NCBI GenBank assembly: GCA_000934665.2
Contig: KZ537972.1
Coordinates: 124,001 to 188,000, forward strand
DNA: 64,000 nucleotides
DNA from: Catajapyx aquilonaris
Taxonomy: Eukaryota
Direction of reading: 5' to 3'
Position numbers and translations under genes: made by a program. Shown here one piece after another: positions 49,600 to 63,400 of this stretch; position 1 is the stretch's first letter, and each line of letters starts with the position of its first letter. The notes under the pieces are model-generated. The model made no database searches. It was not told the origin of the DNA and saw only the letters and a list, made by a program, of their open reading frames with translations.

Positions 49600-50150
49600 A
49601 GTCCAAATGACTTTAGAGGGTATGGTAATCCTCTTGAGAGACGGCCATCTTGAGAAGTCGACATGGAAACACTCTCTCTGATGGAGGATACATAAATGCG
49701 ACGATGATCCCCACCCTTTGGAAGCTGTTGCCTTGGCTTGGAAGAGACGAAATTGATTCGGCCCCAAGGAGGCTTCACCAAGCGAGGAGGGAAGTTTTAA
49801 AGGTCCGAATTGGGCTGGTTTCGCCCAGGAAGCCCATACCATTATGGCAAGCACATTGTTGGAAGGGCTTATCTATCGGTCCAGCCACACTCTTCCATAT
49901 GAATGGGGAGTGGGGAGTTTCTATCGGAGGGGGTTATGTGTTATTGGAATTGTTGATGAAGTTGTGTTGAAGTTTTGCATGGAAAGACTTATCGGGGGAA
50001 TGTATACTTTACCTTGGGTTGACGACACTAAAATGCAAAGTGTCAGTCGTCTAGTTGAAGGCCTTCTGACTTGAAATGCGACATTGGCACTCCATCTGGT
50101 CAGATGAAGTGGTGGGAATCCTCCAGTGAAGAACAGCGGTCTCTGAAATC
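49600..50150 (+). mobile_element. Possible decayed CR1-like reverse transcriptase fragment
   Basis: KGLSIGPATLFHMN (cf. QGSVLGPxLFxIYIN) followed by WVDDTK (cf. FADDTK). Confidence 0.35.
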
Positions 50151-53100
50151 AGGAGTGATTGAATTGATAAATCATTTCCCAAAAAATATGACCTGTCACA
50201 ATATTTCGGCATTGCTCTAACGGATGAAAATATGTAAAATATTTACTAATTATATTAGGTTTATTATATTTATATTGACCTGTCTAGAATTATTGGCATC
50301 AAAAGTCAATCAATTGGAACTAGCTGAATTGGAAATGGTTATCGGATCAATTTCGAATGCTTTCTAGCTTTGTATTTGCGATGGGCTGTCATTTGAATCG
50401 TCAGTTACTTTTCACTCATCGTTAGGGAGGAAATTGACCGAAATTATGAGTGAAAATGCTCTTCTGCTGTGTGGGCGTCACTCATTTTTCTAACCGTCAC
50501 TCACAATAAGTCAGTTACTCTCAATTTTTGAGCAGAATTTTTACTCAAAATATTTTTAAATTATTTCGAAAGGTAATATTTCTCCACATGTGCCGCGTGA
50601 ATATTTTTTGCCCATTAATCAAAGCTGTGATAACTTTTGTAAGCAGTGCTTTAGAGCTCTAATTCCGATATAACGAGGCAAGCACGCCAGAGTACATCTG
50701 GTGTCAGAACGTGTCTATCAAACAGATTACAAAATTTTCACTCAGTTTTAGCACTCCTGGACAAAAGGTTACTACTGATTATTGAAAAACTTCAGACTTA
50801 CGTTGTTCCCAGAATCACTTGGCCAGATTATCCTTCCCAGTCATCTAACTAATTAACGTCCCTATAGCTTAGTCGCTAATGTTGGCGAGTCAATATTTGA
50901 GTCCCGCTTTGCACGTATAAAACTTAGGCTCGACTTGAGGGGATGTAGACCAGGTAAAGTCACATGCTAGAGATTCGATTTTCGAGAACTGTGCCTCGTA
51001 TGACAATCGTCCTTTAACACCTGCTTCGAGTGCAAAACTACCCCCTTTGGCTATAGGCGTTTCCTACACAATAGACTGTGGTTCAGAGCAGATGTCCTCT
51101 TGACAGCCCTTCGTGTAAAACTAATTATTCTCACTACACAAGGAGGGCCAATCAATATTTTATAGCCCTTGTAGGATGGCCTGCTATAGCCCCCGAAGAC
51201 TATCAATTAAGGAGGATTAACTGGCTCTTAAAACCTGTGATTTCCTCTCAAATATAGCACACATCACGCTACTATACCTTGCTGTACCTGCTCCTAATAG
51301 GCTTATTCTTCCCGTCCGAAGTTTTCTGAGGTGATAGTATATCTATCTACCTGAAGGTGGCAGGAGTGTGCAGATGGAGTATGCGCCATCTGTGCGTCAA
51401 GAGTATCACTATGTTGTAAATCGACTGCTATTCTGCCAATTTTGACAACGTGTTCACTAGTTTACCTACTAAAACCCGTCTTTACAAATATTTCGGCCGG
51501 ACCACCTGTTGGCTTTTTAAATCACAATATTTGACAGCCATCTTCTGGCTTGTATACAACCATTTTAGCATGCTGTGAACCATTGGGCCGAACAAGGGCC
51601 GGCAACATGGAAGCAGTTGCAATTACACGATTGTGAGTGATAATTACGTGAGCAAATTAACACGCGGGAGTCGGAAGCAACTTTATCTGTCATCTAATTT
51701 CATATGTTGATTGCAAGTCGCAATGGATTCGGGCTGTGATGAAAGGGCGTTGGGAATCTAGGGGGTGGTAGGTGGGCTTTGATGCTCATTTTCTACTGAT
51801 GATGATGGACGCCAGTTGAATAATTCACCCCGTTCAATCATCATAAATGGACAAATAGAGTTGGCGAGGATAATTCCACCCCTGTTGCTCATTTTCGCAA
51901 CTGGTCTACTGCAATATCCCTGAAAAAAATGGCGAAAAGCATGTTCGCGTAACATGAAAGCCGACGAAAAGTTTGCGGGATTCGTCCGACGGGCTAATCA
52001 TAGTTTGCGGTCCGCCACGTTTGTAGAGCAGCGGTATAGTTCATATCCGGATTTAATAAATTCTGGCATATATTCCGGGACGTTTTTCGGCCGCGTTTCC
52101 GCCCTGTTGGCTTATTTAATTTTAATAAACGACTTGATGCTTCCGGAATTTACTTGATGCACCTTCAGCAAAATATACGGTTCTGTATACGAACCAGATT
52201 CGTTGTCTTGTTGGTGACTAATCGACCTGACGACTGTCTTCTTGAGACGTGAAACCTTCAGGAGCAAAACTACCGTCTGTTCCTTCAGGGCAATTGCTAT
52301 ATGAATCGATCAGGACTCAGGTTCAATGCAGGTAACGAATTCCGACGCCGCTTCGTGTAACTGCCTCAAATCAAATTCCTTCCCTCGGCTTGCGCCACCT
52401 TACTCCTGCGGAACACACAAAAAAAAGAAGAAGGAAGAAGGAAGAAAACCTGAAGGAAGAAAACCTATAAAGGGTGTCAGCACAGAAGATGTAACCCGAC
52501 TGCTGTGTGTCCCGACCAAGCTAGATTCGGTTGCTGATGAGAACTAATTAAGCGGCTTTAGAGGTAATTAGGCAGATAAGGACATTTGATTTAGTGATGG
52601 TGAAAAGGCTTAAATTATATTAGCGACTAGCTTTTTATTTATTTACTATAATAGCCAGTTAAGCCTTTAATCATATTTTATTTTTATGGGTTTTTTAAAT
52701 GGTTTTCTTTAAGGTTTTACCAACTGCTTGAGCGAGGATCCTTTAGCCTTTGTGCCTTCGATATGATGCCAATCCGGTCTGGGGCTCAGGATTTATGAAG
52801 ACTGGGCAATTTTACAAGTGCGTCCCATGAATAGCTGCTTAATCAACGAGCAGGATTACATCCGGGAGCATGAAAGACCGGATTATTACAGACGGCTTTT
52901 AAGGTTTCGGTCTCAGGTTGGTAATGCCCACAAAATGACGACAACCCAGGATTGACTTTTTCACAATATATATATTGTGTGACCCATTTCCTCCAGAATC
53001 CAAAGTTTCCAATGACAACAGACAATATCCGAAGTTCGAGCTAAATTTTCCAGCGATTTCTCAGTATTTACATTTAGAAACCTCGAGACAATTAGTTTCT

Positions 53101-56100
53101 CAAGCCACGGTTACCCCTAATTTCGAGTCAACTAGCTGGAACAACACTAGAGGTCCATATTATTGCGCTTTTCCTTGTACAGCTTTTCCAGTGGAATGAG
53201 CAAACCTGACGGATAAATATTCATTCAGCCCAGAGACCGAGCCCTGTTCTTACGACTTGTTTAGAATTCATCAGGCCTGGTGGAATGACAAGAGGCCTAT
53301 GGTAATTCCTGAGGAATAATTTCCTGGGTAAGCGGCGTGGTTTGGGTCGACATGTCCCCAACGGATTATTCTTGTCAATCCTGGTGGCTTTGGAGAGAAG
53401 ATAGGTAAAGGAAACCCCCACCTTAATGAATCAAGGGAAGGATTGTGATTTGGGTTGATCTCCCGCGGAGGAAAAACTATCAGGTGTCTGTCAGGGGGTT
53501 GAAAGTTTAATGGTGGCGAGATGGGCCTAAGGTGAACGGACTCTGGGTTCTATATCATTAGTAGAAAAAAATGGGGCACTCCGATTGTTGGCTGGGCTTA
53601 AAATAACCGCTAGCTATTGCTCTATTGCTCATTGGGGACGGCTGAGAAATGCAAAGGTCACCTTGTAAAATATAATTGGCTTGTAGGTCCGTGTAATGGG
53701 TATTCACCCCGTGGGTCATGACCTTTATTCTCGCTTCTAATGAGGACATGCATAAACCTAGATGTAAGCCGCCTAGGGAAATTGTTGCAAATCAGAGAAC
53801 GGATGTTGGTCATCCCCAGGCGACACTTGCACATTATTTGTGGTTATTCTGGGTCTTCTATATGTAATGTTGTAGAGATTATATACATGCGGATCCACGC
53901 CGCCAGGCATATTCAATTTCATTGATACAAAGTCTACGCCGAACTTTTTTCCTAAATAAATAAGCCGAGGTTTTGCGACGATTCAATTAAAGTGGGACAA
54001 AGGAATCGACTCTGTGCAACGGTGCATGAACTGCAACAGTGATAAGGTGGTTCACAAGTGGGACCGGATATCTTCAATGGTCGTTAATTCAAGCATACAG
54101 TTCACTTTAGAGTTCGTACCTCGCGCATTATAAAAAAACAGGGTCCACATTAATTTCTAGGATCCATCAAGTACCTTCTCGAATGTTTCCAAATCACGAA
54201 CTGTGCGCTGCACGAATTTCGTGTCGGCAACCTCTCCTCAAGTTCCAATATTTCTTCTTCTATACCACACCCCTTTTTGTCTTACCCTCACGGTAGTTGG
54301 GTAGTAGTCGAATTAGTTTTCCCCTGATCGATAGCGTTATCCAAGCTTTTGACATAGAGGTAACGAGTTTGGGATCCTCCTGAGTCAAGTCGGATAAGAC
54401 CCTGTTACCTCCGATAAAAAGTTCATAGGTCGATCCTAAGAAAATCTCGATATTCTGGACCACATAATTAAATTAGTTTTGAGCTAGATGCGGATAAGTG
54501 GGTATGTTTTTCAAACAAAAAAAAAATCGAAATGTGATCCTCCAGTAAGTAAACTTTTAAAATGGAGCAGGCTTCTCAACAACCCTTCTTCAGGTTCCGG
54601 TTACTATGTCCTCTAGTTTCTTTTGCAAAAACATAATTTTTGTACCTCCAGGGTTCGGATAATGAGTCGTTGCTAGGAGGAAAAGAAAAAGTCTAGTGTA
54701 TCGATTGCTACCAAGAAAATTTGGGCTCCTTCCTTTTGTGGTGCCTCTCAAGAGAAAGGGGATTTTGGCGAATTTAGAGGCACTCAAAATGATTCCGGCG
54801 CGATGCAGAGACATTGTTTCATGCCGCATCTCTAGAATTCCCACGGCCCAGAAGAAGCTCAAAAAAGGGGGGCTTCAATATCTGCAAAAAATTTGCAAAA
54901 AAAGAGCAATATTTTTTGAGCACTTTAAGTATCACGCAAAGGTCCAATAACCTGCTGGATACATAACAGATAAGAGGGTATGTAGGTCAAATGCGTGGTC
55001 TTTGTGTCACGCTTCTAAGACCTATTTAAAGCAACCCAGAAAACCGGGAAGGAGAAAATTGATTAATTAACGACCCCCTTTTTTTCATAGCGGCCATGTT
55101 ATTCTCTATGAATGATGTATAGAATGAACATCCATTCGTGCAGCTGCTTCTCAAGATCCTTTGGCCAGCTTGATGGATGGTCACATTGGGACGGAGCGGA
55201 TTTGCGCCCGGTTTCAACACTACAAGCAAAACCCATGTTTCTTGTGGGGGTGAGCCATATTGCCTCAGCTCAATTTGTTGCGGACAAGAACTGTCCGATG
55301 AAAAGGCGAGAACAGTACAGGGTGTTCCAATAATGTTCAACTCTGAGCTGATTATTTTTTGGAGCTTATAAAATATATGTTTTTTTTGGAGCTTATAAAA
55401 TGTCGTGGAAGTGGCCATATTACGTATAGTGCACTGTAGAAAATAGAGGCTTCTCCTAGCTGGAGAGGGTAATTTAATCGGCTCATCCGCCAAGGTCCTT
55501 AGGGGGAAGATATCCGGCAGCCTGACTGCGACGACATTAATGTTGGAAACGTTTTGGTCCGACCAAATTGCACGGATAGGAAGGGATGGAAAAATTGTAG
55601 TTATTAAACGGAGAAGGTGTGTTTTATATCTAGTTACGGGCTGTAATTGTCATAATTTAGTTGCAAGCTGAGTTTACTGTACAACAGTATCTTAAAGAGA
55701 GGTTTATAAACGGCCGTAACGTGCTTGGTAAAATTGGTTGCGTTACGTAATATGGGCGGACCAAAATTTGTGCGTTTTTCTTCATTTCGGCATGACCTTG
55801 ACTGAGGTACTGTAACTAAATTAACATAGTCTGCTAGTATGGTCTGTGCCCACCCGGTTTTTTCGAGGTTTCTGCGGTTTTGGGCGAGACCGACAAAATT
55901 AAAGTGCCTTTTGGGAGCAATGCGAGACTGGATTTTTACGTGACCTGGGGGAGACAAAGTTAGAAACACCAAACACAGCCTTTTTTTGAAAAGAGAGTGT
56001 TTAATGATGCATGCAATAAGGTGCGGTCAACGGTAAAGAAGAAGACTCAAGTTAGTAAACATACCGACATGCTAAAAACATGTCGGTTATGTGTATATTA

Positions 56101-56229
56101 TTACATGTAAGCAATCAAAAACAAGTCAGTTAACAATCTAAGCATCTAAAGAGAACCAGTAAAGATTATTATTTTAAAATATTTTACTTTATATCGCTAA
56201 AAATTATTACCAGAGCCAAATGGAGGATG

Positions 56230-56345
56230 ACCGGGAAATGTGTCAATTATATTACGAGTACAACAAATCAAATATCATTGACAAAAAGGCCTGCCGGACG
56301 TAAAGAATGTAAAAGGCGTGTTTGGAATTTTAGTATCACGTATGT
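56230..56345 (+). mobile_element. Possible PIF/Harbinger transposase remnant
   Basis: ...GVFGILVSR, resembling the VENAFGILxSR motif. Very short. Confidence 0.2.
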
Positions 56346-56599
56346 AGTGCATAATATTGATATTTAATAATTTATGTACGTAATGAAATTAGACAAACCT
56401 TTCACTTAATCACAATAATATTTAGCTACAGTTTTAATTTGTTTATTGAATAATATTATTGTAGCCAGTAATTTATGGCATCCCTAATTAGAGACAAGCC
56501 GATGTAAAGAGTAATGTTTAAAATTTACATTATTTTAATGAATTATTAATACTTCACAGCCCGATTCAATCAATATTACTGAAGTGGCGTCTTTCCTAT

Positions 56600-57150
56600 G
56601 TTGATTTCTTTTTGATATTCAAATTGCAATGTATTAATCATAGCTTGAATTGATGATGAAGAAGTTACTGCCTGTCAATGCGTTATACAGCTTCAGACAC
56701 CATCTACTTAAAATAATTTGTGCTTCAAACATTTGAATTGCACAACTCATGACTTTTAATCCCACTACGAGCCATATTGTCAAAGCGAACCGCAATCGAT
56801 AGTTCGGTGCAATAATGGTTTTTGAAATGTATCATTATTCTGAATACTCTGTGGCAAGTGGTATTCATTAAATATCATCACGTTCCAACAACTGGGTCGG
56901 ATACAACACCAGCCTGGTGTAAATGGCCGGAGAAAATTGTTCTCGCTCGCGTGGTTATTGCGTATACGGTCTGACAGTTGGCCATTTTCTTCTAATCTGA
57001 TTGGAGAGGTTCAAAGCTCCTTAGTTGAGGTCAAGTTCCGAAAAATGTTTCGATCTCAGTGCCACAGTTCTTACTTGTTAAACTTTCAGATAATGCCAAC
57101 AATGTTGCGAGACACTTATCAATCCAGCGCTATTTTTACACATTGCCTGT
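56600..57150 (-). mobile_element. Possible decayed Tc1/mariner transposase fragment
   Basis: Minus-strand VSRNIVGII*KF (HTH-like) and GWC...WNVMIFNE (cf. W..V.FSDE), with stops and frameshifts. Confidence 0.3.
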
Positions 57151-60100
57151 TATTTTTAACGCGATAATCGTTTTATTGGCAGATAGTAAAACTTACGTGC
57201 GTCTAGTAATCCTATCAGTTTCCGATCGCAGCTTCTAAAAATCCTCTAACAAGAAATGACACTTTGGCTATATGTGGGTTGACTTCTCTGATGTTGGGGT
57301 ATTACTCGTGCAGTTTGTTTCTGGCCATTCTCAAAACGTCAAAAATGGCCAATTTGGTCTAGATGCCAATTTGGTACTAATGGGAAAAAGATGTTGATAA
57401 ATGAGGATTATTAGTAGGTCAAAGGGAGGCAGTCCGCACATTACTGAAATCGATTCTTTTGTTTGAACTCAAACTGAAGAACTAGCGCATGTTATGGGCA
57501 CAAAAGCAAACTATAGAGTATTATCCTGTGTTCTTGACCGAAACCAAAAGTTGGAAGCCTATAAACAAACAAAAGTACTGAGCCTGCACAAATAGGTTAC
57601 ATTTTTCATTACATGCTATGCACAAATGCGAAGTGTTGCCAATCCACTATTTTAACTCCCATCCTCTAACTGTGATTTAATAACACCAAAAATCACAGTC
57701 ACGGCCTGTGATATATCAGACGACAGCTGTAAACCCCCTGTGGGGTCAGTGGAACTTGCGCAGGCTATCGTGATAGTATCTCTCTCTGGAATAAAACCTA
57801 GCGTGAGCTCGCCCTCGAATATATATATTTTTGTCAAGTACAGAAGGTCATCCCTCTCAAAGTCAAACATCTATTGACGTCCGTCATATCAGAGTAACTG
57901 CACATGCAACCAATGCCAATGACAAGAACGGAGATGTTTCCAAGTTAATCAAGGGTTTGCCAAAGTAATTATCAGGCACTCAATTTTCTTCATTAGGTGG
58001 TGGACATTGATATTAAAATGCAATATTAACATATTTCTTTTGGAACTCTCAAGTCTCAACCCTCCCCAGTTCATATGTGAGCACTTGAACAGTGTACCGG
58101 TATGAACACATATACAGTATATAGAAGCTATAGCATACATACTGCACACTCCGAGCTGAGTCTATATGCTTTCCGCCAGTTTTTCTCCCATTATTTCACC
58201 AGGCCTATCACTTTTTCTTTTTTTTTGAAGTGTACACTGCTAAAATTTTTACTCCATCCGCACACTGCACCACCACCGCCGTTTCACAAGACAAACACTG
58301 ATAACTAAAAACAGAATATATGTGCCCGTCCACCTCTGCTGGTGTGTCCCGTGCTTCATCCGACAGCTATATGCAGGACGAAAAGTGACAATCTACCAAA
58401 CTGCCTGACGCAGCATGCATCAGGTATATGAAAATGAGGCGCTGGAGAATCCTCGGTGCCACATGAACAACCCACCTGCGTATCATCCTCTGCACTCATC
58501 AACGGCTAGCTGGGCACAAATCCTTTGCAAAAAAAAAAAAAATATGAATGTGCCATTATGCAGTGTACTTCGGCATTCATTGTGTAGCCGAGTGTATTGC
58601 GCGGGCCAGTCATTATCATTTGGCGTAAAACGGCAGGTTGAATTTCGCATGTTTTTTGTGTATGATTTATTGCAGGTGTTGGGAACTGATTAGGGTGCTT
58701 ATGTGGTGGTTTATTGCGACGTAAGGTGTGTGAGATGGGTTGAAAAATTGTGGGTGGTGCAATGTGCTCGGGTTCTGCGTAACTGTAGCTGTACAGTACA
58801 CCATGCTGAAAAATTATACCTTGTCAACCGGATATTACTTATGGCACACGGTACAGTGCTAAAACAACGTAATCCACATTTTAACTTTTTACAAATTAGA
58901 CTAACAGTGCATATGAAACTGCGTCTGTGTTATTTGCTAATTATCTATTTAATAATATGCTATTTTATTCTATTTACAGTACAGTACATGTGCTGTACAA
59001 TCAAACAATTATTTTATATATTTACAAAAGATCAATTTCATTTGCATTCAATTAGTTCATTAATATAGCGTTATATTAATGCTGATGAAATGCGCCTTTT
59101 GTATTTATTACAATATACAGTATTACGGCGCAAGTTTTATTAAATGGTTTATGCAGCTAAAATACAACAGTTAAAATAATAAATACCACCAAATTTTCTA
59201 CCTATTTGATATTGGCAGGGTTTTTCTGCGGAAAATTCTTCTGTAAGATTTCTTCTTCATTTCCATAATGATAACAAGAAGGGCAAAAAAATCAATCTGG
59301 ACAATATTTTGACGATTCAAAAAACTATGATGGTGTTAGTAAATTATAATCCAACTCATTTAAAAAGTTCATCAATCATTCCTGGTCATTTTTATCCCCA
59401 AAAAATCCCCCATGTTGACACATCGCATGACAATAAAAGCAGTATGCTTCCCAACTTATTAACAACCCGGCAAATCCGACTACGAAACCCCCGCATTTTG
59501 AAGTGGTCCGGATGAAATCCATTCTGATACATGATTATTTCATCATCAAAGCGTGCTAAGCTGATGAATAGTAATGAGTCGTCAGGTGGGGATGCAACAC
59601 CCCCCCCCCCCCTCTCTTTATCTCTCATGCCACACGCCCTAACCTCCATTTCCCAAATCCATTGTCGACTACAAAATGAGGCCAAAAAACTGCCAGATAG
59701 AATTGTTGACAACACTATTTTGCAAGACTCTAATGCGGATATTGACAAAATCGAGTAAATGACATCTGGAGGACTATTCCGCACTATTTCTGGAGGATGT
59801 TGGAGGGAATAAACGAGCAGAGATATTTGTCTCTAGGCAACTATAATAAGTGAAACCCAATTTTCTCGTGGGAGTGCTCAATAGGAATTTATAGGCCCAG
59901 TGTCTGAGGGATAAGGACTTGATGGCCCCCCAACACTAGAAGAGAGGAAAAGGTTTCAAGTCCAAGTCGACCCGTATATTTCCCCCCGGAGCACAGTTGT
60001 TTTCCGGAGGGGGGGGGAAAGGGGCGTAAACAGCGTAATAAATCGGGGAAGTGTTTATTCAACTGATAGTGCCCCATGGTGTTGGGAGACTCGAAACAAA

Positions 60101-60280
60101 GGGTTGAAACTTTGCTGTGTGCCAGTGGACCGATAGTGATTTGGTCGAATCACCATTGCATTATCTCTGTGTTTGGGAGAGGACTTACCACAGGAAATAT
60201 TTGAGGCGGAATCGGTGGGTTGGACTGACCACAATGCAACGTCAAATGTGTGTGATACAGTTGCTGGAAGCAACAACCAT

Positions 60281-60478
60281 CGGTATACTAAGCTGCTCAA
60301 TTTTTTCAAACTTCAATATTGTAAAAATTAGCTGGCTGTATTAGGTGTATTTAGACTTTAAACTACTTATTACCTTCTACAAATAGAAGGTAATAAGTCG
60401 TTTAAAGTCTAAATAAACCTAATACAGCCAGCTAATTTTTGCAATTGAAGTTTGAAAAAATTGAGCAGCTTAGTACCG
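60281..60478. repeat. Near-perfect palindrome/hairpin (~95-bp arms, 4-nt loop), MITE-like
   Basis: tactaagctgctcaattttttcaaacttcaat...ccttcta-caaa-tagaagg...attgaagtttgaaaaaattgagcagcttagta. Confidence 0.9.
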
Positions 60479-63400
60479 AATATTTTAACTTCATTTTTCT
60501 TCATATATGACTGGCATAAAATTTGCATCATATCCTAAAGAGCATCACAGCATATACGCTTCTCATTAGGACGGTCCGAATGGTGTGAAGATTCGCGAAA
60601 AAAATTAATCGGAATTTCATTAAATGTGTAATATACGACTGGTTAGTAATATGGGAGGGATCGAAGGTATTGTCTGCCATTCGATGGAATTTAGTGCGCG
60701 GAATTTCCACATGTCTTTTTGGAGGCTTTTATTGGGAACACCTGGCCCAGCCAATTTCTTGAAACTCATCATTAATGTTCGTAAAGAAACTTTTTAAAAG
60801 TCTGCAAGGAATGTATTACGTGCTATGAACAGTTCATAAAGTAGAAGCGAATCCCACAAAAATGTGAAGGCTATAAATTACAGTCCCTACGAAATTCTCA
60901 CATAGATCTCCATGCTCAATCCAAGCTAGTTATTAATCTTCAGTTATGTATTATGATTACCTGCAGTTACCTACAAGCCGGAGAATATTGAAAACACCAG
61001 CTTCATCTCGGCGGCCATTTTTTTGCCAATGTGACGAAAGAGAGAAGATCGTGTTACTTTTAGCAGAGTGGGCAGAGGTCGTCGTGAATGTGATTTTCGA
61101 TAGCTCCTGCCACCTTGTGCAGTTGTGCCATATATAGGAAGGTACACTTGCCCCATTTCCACTTCTTTACCCTACATAATTAGAAGACCTGCTTAATATC
61201 ATGTATACTCACAAAGGTCTTTGATATTATTCTGGACGGTTATTAACCTGCTTGGGTCATTCGTGTCCCAGGTATAAACTTCCACCTTTATACAGCAGAC
61301 CCGGCTCTATAAAGAGGTTTTGAACTCTATTTCCCTCCAACTTGTGCACACACATTTAGCGCCGTTGAACCCTCGAGCCACAAACTTGCCTTGCCATTTG
61401 TGGGGGCGGGGGAGGGGGGGCTTGTATACAGTATACACACAGCACACTTTTGATGGCAGTGCCCCCATGTAAGGTGCTGTATTATATAACTGGTCTGCGG
61501 GGCTGGGGCTGGTATTAATTGCTAACGTGTAATAATTTGTTAATGTATTCAGGCACTGGGTGCCTTATTAGTGAATTTTGTTCTCATTTGCAGCAGAGTA
61601 GTTGGAAAAATGCGAGCAAGTTCTTCGTGAATTTTTTATTATACCCGGTGGAAATTCTGCGGACATTTTTTTTTTGGGAGCGATATGCGAGTCTGCGGAG
61701 ATATTACTGTAGGATGTGTGCTGTAAAAGTGAACATTTTCGGCCCGCGTTGCATTGTCAAGGGTGAAGTATACTTGGCCATCATTGGAGTGCCTCACACA
61801 CACACACATGCATACATTTATGTGTACTTGCGCTTTACCTTCTAAATTATTTTTATGCGCGTTTCATTCAACTTGAATTAGCGCCCGTGGTACACTTTCA
61901 CGTCGCTCAATAACAATTCTTATAGAGAAATATTTATGTATATTTGATCCATTAATTTCGTCAAATTGACCAAAATTGCTTTAGCTATTGATTTATTTAA
62001 TCGGTTAGTACAGTAGGGCCTAGTATATTTTCACTGAGAAAGGGAAAGTGCATTGTGAGCTCAAATTGGGCAGAAACCTACATATAACTATTTCATTGAT
62101 GTAAGTTAATAATAGTACAGGTTTAGCCCATTTAACAGCTGTTAATATTTTATTGAATAAGCGTGTTGCTAACTGTGAACAAGTTGTAGGTAATTAATGG
62201 CGTAATCAAATATTACTCGAGCAATGTCCAGAGTATGGTCAGTCCTATTGATCACACTTATGCACTGTAACAGGTCAGTGTTACGGTTGAGTGTGTGAGA
62301 GAGAGACACGAGCAAAATTACTTTGTGCACGTACTTGTCTGTCCTCTTTGAACGACTATTAGTCGGCAGACTTCCAATTTCGGGCGTGGCCCTTAACGCC
62401 ACTCTCACATTAGATTTAGGGAGTAGAGCAACGAAGGCGTTGGCGTGTGTACCCTAAGTACTGCAAGAACGACGTCGTCATTGCCCAAATTCCAATGAGA
62501 GCAGCGCAATTAGTCATTCCTGTCGCGGTGGGCACATGCGATAATTACGTCTTTATGGTGCGAAATAGCCAAACTTGAGCAGCTACCGACGTTAATTCTG
62601 TCGATGTACTGTTGGAGTACCAGATGGCAACCTCACAATGGAAATGTCGTGAAGGTTTTGTTAGGTTAGGTTTTTGTTTTCAACATATCAGTAATATTTA
62701 TTGATCAATGTTATCCGCTGTTAATGTGCACAGAAATCTCTCATTTTCGATTTGAGATATTTGATTTTCGAATCGGTTATCTTTCCAGCGCGAAATTATT
62801 TCAATATCGATTTGCGGTATTGAAATCCTGATATCGCACAGCCTTCCGATTTTGGTTTATCCATACCCTATATAGATGGGCTAGAACTTCTGAATTTACG
62901 TATTGGTTGGAGTGCACACAATGTGGTTTCAAATCCTGTAAACTTTGCCTGCATTTTGAGGCCTGAACAAGTAAACGTAGCTTAATCGCTGAGATTACCT
63001 AATATCGCAATGTAATTCAGACTGGTTCTGGGGAGACTGTGGAACACACCTGAGATTTAAGTCCGAAAACAAAACCGCAGCTTAGCAACCAAAGCTGCCT
63101 GCTAATCCTGGTTTTCATACTGTATTCCCTCCAGTCCACTCCCATGAAATATTAATTTCTATTAACTTTCCTTCCCACATCTTCCCATCTCAAAGGCTTC
63201 TAATATTTGTCGCCTTATTATTTTCATTTTTTCCCTCCCCCNCCCCCCCCCCCCCCCCCAACAACCCTTCTGCTTGATCCTCCCAAGGTATTTGCCAACT
63301 TTGATTGAGAAGAGAAGTGATTTCCTTCTCCCGAGGAGAGAGCTAACCAATACTTCGCACTTGGCAAACACTGCCAGGCTTTGGGATCAGGGATTCACTT

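Noticed and set aside
55026..55493. 155-aa minus-strand ORF
   Set aside because: Non-ATG start, includes a 27-bp tandem duplication, and has no domain resemblance or splice support.
58100..61450. Possible promoter or first exon of the TMEM272-like gene
   Set aside because: Only scattered GC-box, TATA-like and donor-like words; nothing specific enough to place it.
62920..62940. TGGTTTCAA (WFQ) as a possible second homeobox
   Set aside because: It reads WFQIL with no NRR or other homeodomain context.
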